A stretch of 60,076 bases of DNA, counting the filler, from Diploschistes diacapsis (taxonomy: Eukaryota), in NCBI GenBank assembly GCA_023645945.1. It is 6 parts of 6 records of this genome, joined end to end, with 100 filler letters (N's around TTAATTAATTAA, not from the genome) between each part and the next. Parts side by side here need not be neighbours in the genome. Positions count along the whole stretch, not along the records: positions 20,103 to 30,024 come from JALAIB010000981.1; positions 30,125 to 40,045 come from JALAIB010000982.1; 4 more parts are not named here. One strand, written 5' to 3'. The translations under genes and the position numbers were made by a program. The stretch's first letter is position 1. Every line of letters begins with the position of its first letter. This document shows, one piece after another, positions 24,380 to 36,709 of this stretch. The notes beneath the pieces were generated by a model that searched no databases, was not told where the DNA came from, and saw only the letters and a program-made list of their open reading frames with translations.

Positions 24380-25124
24380 CCGTTTTGCGGGAGAAAGATA
24401 CCGCTGGCGGGCAAGGAGGGGCTCGATTCAGTAGAGCTAGAGTGGTAGACTCTATGCCAATTATCATAACAGAGTCTTCAGGTGTAGGCTGTAGGTAAGG
24501 TTTCGCAGTTTTTTGAGGAAGATGATATACCATTTCGAGGGGCGGCGAGTAATTGAGAGGATGATGTGATTTTACTTACTGATCATGTGATTTGAAATCA
24601 TCCACACGTAGGTAGTGGACTGACTACAGGGAACTACTCGTATGACTAATCGGTGTGGCGTTCGGGTTTCGGTTCTCAACGCTAGGCCTAGCGCAAAGGT
24701 CGGTAAAGACTGATTCTCCTCAAAAACTTCACAAGCGGACACGCTACCGATATGCATCACCGTCAGGCCAGGCGATCCAATGGAAGGTGAGGTCTACCAG
24801 TCGCAGTTGTGTCTCTATTGTACTTTGGGAAATGCGGGGGGGCAGGCTAGCTCTGGCAAGAATGCCCACTTCTCTTCCAGCCACTCTCTTCCAGCACGGT
24901 CCAGATGGTAGTGCCGATATCTCATTTACTCATTTACTTGGCTCTACTGGTTCATACCGACTGTGGGCGACTAAGTGAAGATACACTAACATCTGCATGC
25001 TAATAGGTGAGATAGCGGTGCATATTCCTAGTATTAGTATTCTACTAGCGGTAATAACCACGCTGACGCCCACGCGTTCAGGAATAGAAGAGGCTAGTGG
25101 TTGTAGTAGTAGCATTAGAGTACG

Positions 25125-25165
<41 letters not shown>

Positions 25166-25250
25166 TTACTGCTACTACTACTACTCGCTACTACTACTAT
25201 TACTACTCCTACCACTACTACTCCTACCACTACTACTCCTACCACTACTA
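25125..25250. repeat. Compound (TAC)n microsatellite ending in a 15-bp unit repeated three times
   Basis: Long imperfect TAC run followed by TACTACTCCTACCAC x3. Confidence 0.95.
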
Positions 25251-25814
25251 ACACTACACTCAACCCATAACCATGAAGCTTCAGCTCTCCACACCCCAAT
25301 TGGACACAAGTCTCGTGCCCGCTTCCCCAGAGTGCCTTGAGCTTATGAAAATATTGCTAGCCAGTACAATCTAAAGAGCTACAAGTACCAAGTGGCAGAA
25401 GCAACCCTTCTTCCATCATCTTCCACTTCCACTCCCACTCCTCCCACCTCTGTATCAGTCAAATCAATCAATTCTTCCGTAAATCAATCTCATTCTTCCC
25501 TTCACTCTGTTCTCTGACAAACTTCGTTGTTCCTGTATCTCCTCTACCGTAAAGGAGATCGCGTGTGTGTGCGTGTTCCCAGAAGTTAGTTTCTCCGCAA
25601 GCTGTGACGTCTTCTGAGCCCAATTGTTTTACATTTCATTCATCCCCATCCCCGCTGATGCTCTTTCCTTTCAGCTTTTAAGTACTTCTCACTCACACCG
25701 CCCTTCACCACTCTTTACCACTCTTCATCACTTCTCGCTGCCAACCATCACAATACAATATCGCTGCAAGCTCCAATCTCCTGCCTGGTACCCCATAACT
25801 ATCACCAAGCCAAC

Positions 25815-26374
25815 AGTGAGCTAGCCCCTTGTCTGACCCTGCAGGACCTTTGCTCTGACGCTTGATCAGTGACTCGCTCCCACAAAGCCAACGACCGTGA
25901 CCATGCCGGCCTCGCCAACGGCACTGCCGCTCCCGAGGAGCATCTTCCCCGTTACTTTGCCAAGAGTGGCTTCACCGATGTCGATCCTAAGAAGGTGAAG
26001 AAGGAGGGCGGAGGCAAGGGCAACTGGTATGGCCCCCTCATCATCCGCCTGAGGGCTATAAAATACACATTTCGGGGCGATCTAGCCTCTAATGATGAGG
26101 GCATATGGCTTCTTTTTTCCCCCTAGCTAACTATTTCATCTATAGGGGCACTCCTGGTGAGGAAGCGCAGGACTACGGCTACAATTTTGCCGGCGGTCGT
26201 CGCCGCTCCAACAGCTCCGCCAATGCCGATATCTCTGATTTCAAGACCAAGTTTGAGCTTGACGATGAGCCCGTCTTCGAAGAATCTCTCCATGGCCCTC
26301 AGCCCGAGGATGACACCGCGGAGAGCACCAGTGGCGGCAGCATCGAAGAGGAGGACGCAGCCAAGAAGGCCTGA
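25815..26374 (+). CDS. STF2: Stf2/Tma10-like small hydrophilic protein; introns 25816-25869 and 26027-26145
   Basis: A|GTGAGC...CAG|TG rebuilds the ATG; MTRSHK...PRYFAKSG...KKEGGGKGNW|GTPGEE...RRRSNSS matches Stf2-family motifs. Confidence 0.85.
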
Positions 26375-28921
26375 GCACGGGTTTGCAGGCATGTGGGAAG
26401 GAGACCGTATCTGGTAATGGGGGTGTTCTAATAGCTGCCACCTGTCGGACATTATCTACAGTGCAGATTTGGGCTTGGCTTCCTGTTTTTCTCAGCTTTG
26501 ACGACCGTCATGATTGACCGGCTATGGACACTGTTCGAGTATTGCTGCGATTTGCCGATTGACTTTGTTGCTGTTTCACACCAGCACACAAGGTTGATGC
26601 AGGTTTGTTTTAAGGGGGATTTGTCTAGCGGCAGGAGGGTGGAGGCGTATAGCGAGGTTCATTGCTTTCCCAGTCTTTGGGCGAGAATAGTCAATGGATC
26701 ATTATGTCGAGTATCTCCTGGTCATTTTATCGTGATTGCTCAATCTGTCAATACCTGTGGACAACGCACGTTCTACCAGGATGGTATAGTAATGGTAGGG
26801 TATGCTTAGGGGGCCGATCGACCGTTCGCCCACTGCAACCCCGATCCTTTTCTATGTGATCAAACCAGGCTTTTCCAAAGTCTCCCGTTCCAGGAACACA
26901 CCTCAACTGACGGCAAAACAATGACAGTTTTACTACTGAATGACTATTGCAACTCACTGACCATGACACATACAAGGTTGAATCACAAATTCCAACGATG
27001 CATCTTGTTGACTGGTAGAATCATCCCTCTTACAATCAGTGCACTTGGACTTACTTCACCGGTCATCTCTGGTGGTATTCCATGCAGTGCAAACCACTCC
27101 GACTTATACCCCAGCCCAAAATCGACGTTTAGATGCAAAAATCAACGTTTAGATGTCTGCGGGCATTCTGGATCGACAGGAAACGGGTTCCACCGACGCC
27201 ACTCATAATCGAAAGACACACACCGTCCCTTCACGAAACCCTAACCCTATCGTATCCTGCTGGAGGATGAAGGCGTCGATTTGCGCCATCAGCATCTGCT
27301 GCCTTCGGCGGGCAACCTCCGTTCGTGGGGGCATAGGCTCCTGCCACCGTGCGAAGGACAGCCGGAAATGCATTGACGAGCAAAGCATTGAGCATCCTCT
27401 ATAAACTCGTATCAAAATTTGAATGAAGATTGTGAGGAGAGGCCAGCTGAGATGCCCAAACACGGAGACGAATGCCGTCGGCTCTATTAGCGGCTGGCTT
27501 TTCCAATCCAAATGAAGTGTGATATTCTTTGCCTTGGTCCAGTGTGGATAGTCTGTCAGGTGTTGCGATCGACGACTCAAAGCCAGATGCTGGGTCGAAT
27601 AGGGGTGAACAAGCTCTTTGACTGAACGCAATGGAACCGTTTCGGTCTCGAGACGGCCATTGTCAGTTACTGACAATATAGTTGCGGTCCGGTGGAGTCT
27701 GTGATGTGTAGTCTTATTAGTTGTGCAATGATCTTTAGTCTAAAGTTACTAGATAAGTCGCATAGACTTACAAGAAGATGGTTAAAAGCAAGTCTTCACA
27801 TAAATATTCGGCGCTGAGGTCGTAGATCTATTAGTATAAAATAGTTAGTTTACTGGATGTATATAAGGACATCGGGCGCTTATGAATTGAGAAGCTCGCT
27901 GACGGGTTCAGCATAACCCTATAACTACCAGCAGAAGAAGGATGGATTGGATGGGTAGAATATTTGGGAGACCCTGGCTGTATAGTTACGGTAGTACGGT
28001 ACATATATTTCTTTTCACAATAGTCATTATACGGCAGATTCTGACATGAACTACCCACTGGGCGACAGGAAGAGAAGGGTCTGATCAATATAGTAGTTAC
28101 GAGAAGGAGGCAATTGCTAGGGAGGTATCATTTCTCTTTTCGGTAGATGAGTAATCAAACCTGTTGTGGAAACTGATCAAAAAAGGAGGTGAGATTTCAA
28201 CTCCCTTCCATTATCTCCAAACCTGTGATTGACACTGCACTTTACATGACCCCTCAATAAGTCGATATCGTCTAGACTACATCGAGATACCGATACAAGC
28301 CTACCTATCACGCGATTGTCTTGCCATGGCATCACCAACCTTGGGTACCAATGCCTCCACATGGACGGCACGATCTCAGCCTCGCTCAGTAACGGACCCT
28401 TCCTAATAATTGAACACATCAATCAGATCCCAGAGGTAGCGAAAGTGGTGGGATGGCTTACTGTCTGTGATGTACGGCCTTCGGATGTTCTCTTTGACTT
28501 GGGCTTCACCGACGCCAGAAGGGGTACCGGGATGGGTTCAGCCATTGACCTGTATGGGAAATCACAGTGGCGACCTTGCTTTCCACTAAGGGTACTTGAT
28601 GAAGGGCGACGCCGTCTTCTCTAGGCGGCTTTCTTAAATTCATTATACTTAACGTTCTAGTATAATTGGTTCCTTCCAAATTATGATTACCCGTCATTCG
28701 GGCAACAACATCCTCTAACAAGGTCGCTTTGCATGGACTGTTATCACCAAACGAGAACTGGAGGCGCTAGATACATCTACCACAAGCATTGTCTTTCCGC
28801 TGAGCCGCCGCAAAGGTAAACAAGACCTCGTCCCGAATCCTTAACCCAAGCCGACGCCCGACTCAGCCAATAACTTCTATAGACCATCTGGGCGAGCCCT
28901 GAAACACATTACTATTCCTCA

Positions 28922-29308
28922 ATGGATATGGATCAACGACAGCCTACAGAAACTTCTCAGATCTACCTTACACCAGGCTATCCAAGCTCTTCAAATCATG
29001 GTCATGGCATGGTCTCTGATCTTCAAAGGGTAAACCCATCCAATCCCCAACTTCCGCATACTTCCTCTCGATCCATAGGAATCTCTTCTGAGAGGACAGC
29101 CAACCATTACATCTGCTGTCACGCAGGCTGTGGATCAGGGTTCTCACGCTTATCGGACCTGAAGCGGCACTTGCGTTCTATCCACAACACAGAGAACAAG
29201 CGTCTGCACTGTCCCCATGGATGGTGTGGTCGTATCGGAGATTATGGGTTTACTCACCGAGATCATTTGATTGAACACATGCGTGTGGTCCATAAGTTGG
29301 AGCCTTAG
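28922..29308 (+). CDS. Small C2H2 zinc-finger protein (two fingers), followed by a degenerate in-frame third finger
   Basis: CCHAGCGSGFSRLSDLKRHLRSIH and CPHGWC...GFTHRDHLIEHMRVVH; start uncertain; may be a pseudogene. Confidence 0.6.
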   Translation: MDMDQRQPTETSQIYLTPGYPSSSNHGHGMVSDLQRVNPSNPQLPHTSSRSIGISSERTANHYICCHAGCGSGFSRLSDLKRHLRSIHNTENKRLHCPHGWCGRIGDYGFTHRDHLIEHMRVVHKLEP

Positions 29309-29703
29309 GAGAACAGACTTCTGGACTGTCCCCGTGGAGGGTGTGGTCGTACTGGAGATTGTGGATTTACTCGCTGAGACTTCAATGAACATATGCGCGA
29401 CGTCCATCAGGTGGAGCCCTAGAAAGGGCACAAAGGGAGAATTAGCTACCAGCCAGAAGATGTTGGAAGCGTGAGGTCGATGGATCGGAAGAGGGATCGG
29501 AAGACTTTTCGATCCAGGTTCTGCGGCAGCCTCTAGTGGAAGAAAGAGACAGGTTTCGATTCAGACTTCAGCATTTACTTAGTACCGTACTCGATATCAC
29601 CCAGTCAATTACTTGCTCGAACTTTGCTCTATCCATGCACCCGAGCTGCTCAATTCGAGCCGTCGCGAGACCTAGCTTCTGAATCCGTATCGAAGCCGAC
29701 AAC

Positions 29704-30024
29704 TCAACCACCTCTCTCCTTCTGACTCCGCAAGCTTCCACTCCCACTACCCCCTGCACTCTCCCCTCCATCCTCCCCTTCAACGCTCCCGCTTCCCTCG
29801 CTCCAAACCTCCCTACTCTCCCTCTCCACCTTTCCCATGGCAGCCGCGACCTCCTCCAGCCGGCCCACCACATCCTCCACGCCCTTGCAGACGCGGTAGA
29901 AATACCGATCATTCGCCTCCCTCCTCCTCCTCGCCGCGAGAATATCCGCCTCTGGCCCACCATCGCCGTCGCCTTCTCCCTCATCGCCTCCATCTCCACC
30001 TCCACCTCCACCCACAACAACAAC
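29704..30024 (-). CDS. C-terminal fragment of a hypothetical protein; 5' truncated at contig end
   Basis: Open frame from the spacer with an amphipathic stretch EANDRYFYRVCKGVEDVVGRLEEVAAAMGKVERESREVW; G-rich coding 3' end like other genes in this window. Confidence 0.6.
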   Translation of the reverse strand, partial: VVVVGGGGGGDGGDEGEGDGDGGPEADILAARRRREANDRYFYRVCKGVEDVVGRLEEVAAAMGKVERESREVWSEGSGSVEGEDGGESAGGSGSGSLRSQKERGG

Positions 30025-30124
30025 NNNNNNNNNNNNNNNNNNNNNNNNNNNNNNNNNNNNNNNNNNNNTTAATTAATTAANNNNNNNNNNNNNNNNNNNN
30101 NNNNNNNNNNNNNNNNNNNNNNNN
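30025..30124. other. Artificial 100-nt contig spacer
   Basis: N run containing TTAATTAATTAA. Confidence 0.98.
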
Positions 30125-33100
30125 GGGCTAAAAAAGAGAAAAGAAAAAGAAACATGGCACAGAGTTCTTCGGTCGGGCGGTCGGACCTTTCTTTTCCGCT
30201 CAACCCTCCTAGGATATGCGAGGGGATGCACGTTGGTCCTGGTGAGGAAGGGTGAGGTGGCAGAAACGAGAAAAAAACACAAAAGTCGCTGCTTGAAGGC
30301 ATGTGGATGAAAGCACTTGACAGAGTGGATGTGGTGCGGGTTTTTTTGGGGTTTGTTGAGTGTTGGATCGTCCCATTCCTTTTCTCGCCACCGTCGACTT
30401 CGTGTCGTTCTCGACTCTCCCGTAGTGGCGCATATAACGGATTGAGGCATGAAGGGGATGGAAGATGGGAGAGAGTATTAGACATGCACATGATATGAGC
30501 GGACAAAGAAAACAGCATTGATGGAGATCGCAAAAACGAACCGAAGTGCTCCAGCGCTCTGCTCCAGTATCTAAGCATTGGAACCAGAGACAGGTGCTCC
30601 GACGGGCGCCTGACTCTGTCCAACGCCCCTCTCGCTGCAGAAGCTGGAGGCTCAGAACCCCTTTGCCTTTGCCGCTTAGGGTAGACAACCTCTCACGGCT
30701 CCAGCCTGTAGATAGTCTATGTTTACGAGAAAGAGCCATTAGATTAAGCTCCCCTCCACGCGGCCACTGAAACTGCAGTACACCCCCAGCGGTTACGCGA
30801 TTCAGCTCCCGCATCCTAACAGGTAATAGACTCACTCCTCTTTCCGAGCCATTCCTCATCTCAAGTCCAGGGGGTCCTTGTGATGGGGCCCCTTGACGGC
30901 GTAGGGGAAGGAACATGACTCGTGAGCTGCTTGTTCCAATTGAAGCCTATCCCGGCACCCTTTGTGGGGGGGGGGGAGAGCCCACTCACGGAGAATAATT
31001 AGCATCCACCGTGGTTGACGAATGAGAGGGTGTAACTAGACAGCATGCATTCAGCGCCCGGTGGAAGTCCTTGGGGGACAGATGCTACGTTGTGGTTCTT
31101 CTCCTTTGTTCGTCCGGTGTGTTCCCCGGGCGTCTTCTTTCATTTCTCCATGGTTCGTGTCGGCGTATCAGAGGTCAAGAAGCCCTGCTGAGAAGCGGGT
31201 GTGCCAATTTCCGGCACAAAAAATAAGATAGGTAGGTGCGTGCACAGCCACAATCCTCTCTCACTCACTCACACACCCTCAAGCCACACCTTCAAGCCAC
31301 AGGGTCCGATACACCCCTATGAAGGGAAACAACTGCCGGCAATCAAATTAAGAAGCAGATCAGCAAGGGACCGACCGAGGCACAAAGGCACCAGCCTCAT
31401 TTTACCCCTCACTAGCCACAGGCTCCAGCCCACTTTTCCCACGAGAGATCCATTAGCCACGTAACCACATATGCAGGCCCAGCCCCACGGATGACTCGAC
31501 CCAGCCGACAGGTCTTTAAGGTTTCATGGGTCCACCTTCACGGTTGGCCGTGGTTGGTGGGCGGTCGGGGAAGAAAAAGAATGGGAGAAGGGTCGTGGCG
31601 CAGCAGCTTTCCCCTTGTGGGGGTAGCAGGCTAGCAGCCCGCACGGGAGTCCTAAGGCCGTTGGGAGGAGGGTTCTAGATCTCGAAATGTTTAGGGAGTA
31701 GCCGAGGGCCGCTTGATGAGATAGTTTCGCCAGGGGTGAGTGAGATGGTGAGATGGCGAGACTTCTCCTCATCGGGATATAGATTTCGAAGCTTATGAGC
31801 AGTTGGTTTTGGTCTGTAACTTACAGTTCATTTCAAACCGTTCTTTTTCCTAGCTTCCCTTGGGTTTTAGGGCATTGGTTTTGCTGGCCCTTTTCTAGAC
31901 TTCATGGGAATGCAGAACTATTCGATCGCAAAAGGGAAATGTGGAATGCCAATCGGCGGCGGCGTCGAACTCCACCTCATTCTGGCTAGCATCAGTACCT
32001 TTACCTCGTAATCTAGAGCGATGATATCTAGATTTGACTTGGATTGAGAGTGGTATACGCACTTTGTCAGTTGTTTGCCCTTCCCTTAATCTTCACCATC
32101 TTTATCTCGGATCTGCACATCCCAGCCGATCACGTTCGTATTGCAGATCAAGCTCTCCATACGGTTAAGCCACGACGAGGGTACAAGCGATAGGCGCTGA
32201 CACGGCACCGGCTCAGTAAGGCCTCCCACCATTAAAACCAGCCTATGAGAAGCTGCATGCACGAAAGTACAATAAAGAGAGCACGGTGATGGTGTGCGCT
32301 ACAGGAAGCCTCGGGGCCTGTTCCGATATGGATCGGCTACCTCTCAGCCCTCAAATGGAAAGGAAAGGGTTACTCTCCGCCATTCACGGCTGGCTGACGT
32401 CTCTGGCTGACGTCTCTGTCCCTTCCAGAGCAAGCAGCACACCATGAGCCACACTTGATGCAAAGCCACTGTGGCGCCAACGCCACACCTCGTGTTCTCC
32501 CGTGCAACCCTCTGAGCCGTCTTGGCCCAAAGAGGCTCTCCATTGGGTTTCGTCTCTGCCCAAGAGGGCAACGATCGTTTAGTCTGCTTTCATCGGTGAT
32601 CTGTAGATCTAGAGATCTAGGTGCGTACCACAAAACGTACCGAACTGTAATCATGACCTCAATACTTCCTTCAGACAGCTCACGGGATATCCCAGGTATC
32701 GGCAACACTTCGGCCCTTTTCGTTTAATTTTCCTTCCGTCTCTGAGGAAGGCAGCTTTCCAGCAATGGGAACAAGACCTTTCCTAGGAGTCGAGTCTTTC
32801 TTGCATCGACCTGATTACAACTGCGCGGGGGGCCAACTGAACCTCTCCACCATCTCTCGACTGCTAGCCATGTCGAGAAGAAGTAAACATCCGCAGCCAG
32901 GTGCGACATCAAGTATTCTGCTCAGGCACGGGGCTGCATATACGATACTCCCCCAGGCACCACTAATATCCACAGGCGTTCCTCCTTCCATATACAAGGC
33001 AGATGGGATGCACCATATCCGTTAAGCACGAAAACCAGAGCACACCATGTGCCAATGGTGGCTAGCGAGCGGCTGGCTGTTCATGAATGCTGTTTTGGGA

Positions 33101-34057
33101 CCACCAGGCCTAGCTCGGCCAAGCTCGTCCAAGCGGCTACGTAGTACTGTAGCAAGGCAATTCGCATCGTGTCTAAACAGCGTTAGGAATCCCATCCAGC
33201 ATTAGCTCCTGAGAATCTGACGTAGATGTTTCGTTTTCGTGCCCTACGTAGATCCACCACTCCAACTCTGGAGAGTGCTGTATTTGGCGGCGAGAACTAC
33301 AAGCGACATGGCCCGGAACACGGATAAGAAGGATAGAGACACCTGATAATGAAAACGAGAATGATGCGTTGGCGGTACCTGCGTGTATCTGATCACGAAT
33401 TGGGTTGGTTGGCACGAGTCTATGGGTTTTACAAAAAGCTGCTGAGCTGTGCACACACCCCGCATATCGCTAGGTGTAAGGCCGGCCACTTCCAGGCCAG
33501 TTCCCGTGCCTTCTCCAAACTAAGTCAAGATAGCAAAAAGCTGCCTGTGCCAAATTGCTTGTATATTGCTTTCTAACGTGGCATATATTTGTGCATACTT
33601 GAAGCTGGCCCTCTTTACTTATGAGGCGAAATTAATGAAAGATTAATGAATAAGGCTCCAATTAGAAGGGCGGTCATGGGCGCCAAAAAAGCTCTCGACG
33701 CTGTAAAATGGTATCTCTTTCGTGTGTATCGTCATTCGAGCCGTTGCCAAAGACATCGTATATCGTCTCGGGGGCGGACCAAAGCCACCTGAAAACGCCG
33801 TAGTAAAGATTCATGCACCGAGGAAATAGCAAGGAGATCGTAGCCTCTCTCGGCAAGGGTGCAATCATCGACCGAGGGGAATCGCTAGGTGCAAAAATTT
33901 CGCCCAGTAGCCCCTGAAAACCCCTCCAATGGTCGAGCAAGTAATGGCCTGCCATCTTACAGCGCTTTGCAGGTCGGTAAGAAAACAGTTTCTCCGGAGG
34001 AACAAAAAGAGAAAGCTCGGGGAACGCGAAAGAATGGGTATCTCAAAATCATGTACG

Positions 34058-36709
34058 TTAAAATATGAGCCTCATCTCCAGCGGCTGGGAGGCAATGGAG
34101 TTTGTGGCCAGGGCGTTGATCGCACCCTGTTGCTCCTGCTTGACTGCAGACGTGGCATCAATCTCTGCAAATTCGACGGTCATGTCTTGACCTTCAGGGA
34201 TTTCTCGGACAAGTTCCTCGTCGATCAAGATTTTCAACCCCTTCGAATTGATTCGGAGAGAGCGTGTGACCCTTGAAGGGTCCACCTCGCATTTCGAGGC
34301 GATAGCGCTGATCAGGTCGCTGACTGTTCTCTGCATCAAGTAGATGGCTCGATAATAGTCATCCGTTGGTGCAATGTCGACTTGCTTGATCAGGACATAA
34401 AAACAGGCCATCGGCTTGATCAGTCGCTGGACGGGTGCGACGTAGGATAGATCAACGTCGACAGCCTCGATCCACTCCGGAAGTTCATTGACTTCGCCAC
34501 TTGTTCTAACTTTGACCGGCGCTGTTTGTGCGGTTTCAAATACCGTGTCGAAATTCGTGGATGGCAGTGTTGCGGAGGCAGGCCACTCCCCGGAAGCGCG
34601 CCGAGATGATTTATTCGTTGAGGATCGATATAGCGTGGGCTTGTCTGGCATGGAGCGCGCACTGGGCACTGGAGAGACCAGAGAAGATGCCGAGGGTGAA
34701 GCATCGCCACTCTTTCGAGGCTCCCACGATTCTCTGCGCTGGAAACCCATTTTTGACGATTCTTGGCCCTCACCAGGCATTGCGACTGGAAAAAGATCCG
34801 GGTCATCCTGTTCTGCGCCCTTCAAATACAGTACACTGACTGGTCTCGTGGATGTGAACATATCCTGAACTGCAGCAAGCTTTTGATGCAGGTCCTCTTC
34901 CATAGGTGGTCGTCCTGAGGATCCTTGAGAGGAGATAGACCAGGTTCGTTTGTGCTTGACCACCTTGCTAGGTCTTTCGGCAGCCACTTTGCCAACCGCT
35001 GGTGCAGAGCGTTTGCGCTTGCTACTGTCCTTGATTCCGGACTCCAATTGAGCGATCTGTTGCTTTAGCTTGTCAATGGTTTTCTTCACATGTGCCACAT
35101 CGTTCGATAGCTTGCGCTCTGCGCCATGATCTCTGAAAAGCTTGACCTTGCAATAGCAGACCTCCGAAAAGGAGGAAATGGCTTGGTCGACCGGTGTGGG
35201 TAAGATCCTTTCGGTCTTTGCGCACAGACGTACGGGGATCCCTTTAACGCCCTTTGAATGGCTGAAGTCGGTTGATAGGAAATTGAAGCGAACAGCGACT
35301 GAGCATTCAGCAGCATTCGATGCCAGCGGTGGACTCCAGATCACGGAGAAGCTGTCGAACGAGGCTTCCTCCAGTTCAAGTCTTGGCCGTCTTGGGTCGT
35401 CTTCGGCCCCAGGATGAGGATCCACATATTCGACGGCTTGCAATTTCCCCCCGCGTTGATGGGACTCGGCCAAGCCCCTGCCTTCTTTCCAAAGTTGCCA
35501 ACACGCCGAAGGCTTTCGTCGCTGCTGCTCGTCCTCGAAGGATATCCTGATGACTGTGCGGTATTTGACCAGTGTCGGGGTGGGAGGCGCAGGATTGCTG
35601 TCGACAATCGAGACAGTGTAAGCTTGGCCCTTGTTCAAATAAGTCATTGGAATCTCGTCGGGGCGACGAATCATTGCTGTTGGCGCATTCAACGTAACAT
35701 GCCATCGAAAGCTGGATTCGGTCAAAACCTGCAAGCCTTCACGGTCATAAGAAAGAACTTACCTGTCAAAGGAAGATAATGGTGGAGCAGCCATGCTGGA
35801 ATGCCCGCGCTGCGCTATGGGGGAAGCTAGTTGGGTATCTGTCGTAAATGCAGCATTAACATCCAGATCATTCTCTGGGGAACCCTCCATAGGGCCATAA
35901 CCTGAGTCCTGGTGAACCAACATACTTGGCGCAAAGCCTGTCGAATGCGTTGCGAATTGTCCCGGATATTGATGGGTCTGGAAGATCTGGGGGTTGAAAC
36001 AGTGCATATCGAAAGAAGAAGGCCCCGTGTGAAGGGATCCGTCCGGCATAGGCATCGACATTGGCGTGCCTAGTTGAAGCGCCATGCCCGGAGTATGAAG
36101 ATCTCCGGCAGCTGGATTGTGATAGACGGTGTTGAGGCCGCCAGGAGTCGGAGTATAGTACCCTGCAGGCTGGTTGCTGAAAGAGCCCAACGAAAAGGCT
36201 GAACTTGTGTCGAAGAATGAGGGCGTAAACCTCCAATGATCCGCGGTGCCATGGGATGTAAGCGCTTGATCTTTCTGACCATGGTGCGCCTCTAATTGAC
36301 TTCAAATGTCGCAAGTCAGCACGAACATTATGTTTGGGGAAAGAGACTTGTGCCAGTAACCGGAGGACAGGAAGAGCTGCCTTAGATGACCTCGAGAATT
36401 ATTTTGCGGAAAAGGTACTAACCTGGGGTTCAAAGTTGAGTTGGGTTCATTGCTGGAAACTGCGGCGACGCCTTGCGCCGGTGCGGCCAACGACGTAGCC
36501 GCCGCATTGATGGTGGAGAACGACGGGAAGCTCTGTTTGAAGGCGGCATACAGCTGGTCAGTCGGCTTCTGCGAATTCCTGCTGCAGAGGGAATATGTTA
36601 GCCAGGCGGCGCTTACATTGAAATCGGTCTGCATGGCGACGGAACGAAGGGCCAACGGCAGATTGGGAGCCAAAGAGAAGATAGTAAACCCTCACCGATT
36701 GCGAAACAT
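34058..36709 (-). CDS. Grainyhead/CP2-like transcription factor (multi-exon)
   Basis: MFRNR (donor GTGAGG) NSQKP; YYTPTPGG, GDLHTPG; CP2 domain FRWHVTLNAPTAMI..EIPMTYLNKGQAY, FLSTDFSHSKGVKGIPVRL, YCKVKLFRDHGAERK. Confidence 0.92.

Noticed and set aside
30209..30916. 235-aa minus-strand ORF
   Set aside because: No recognisable motif or coding-like composition; overlaps low-complexity, UTR-like sequence.
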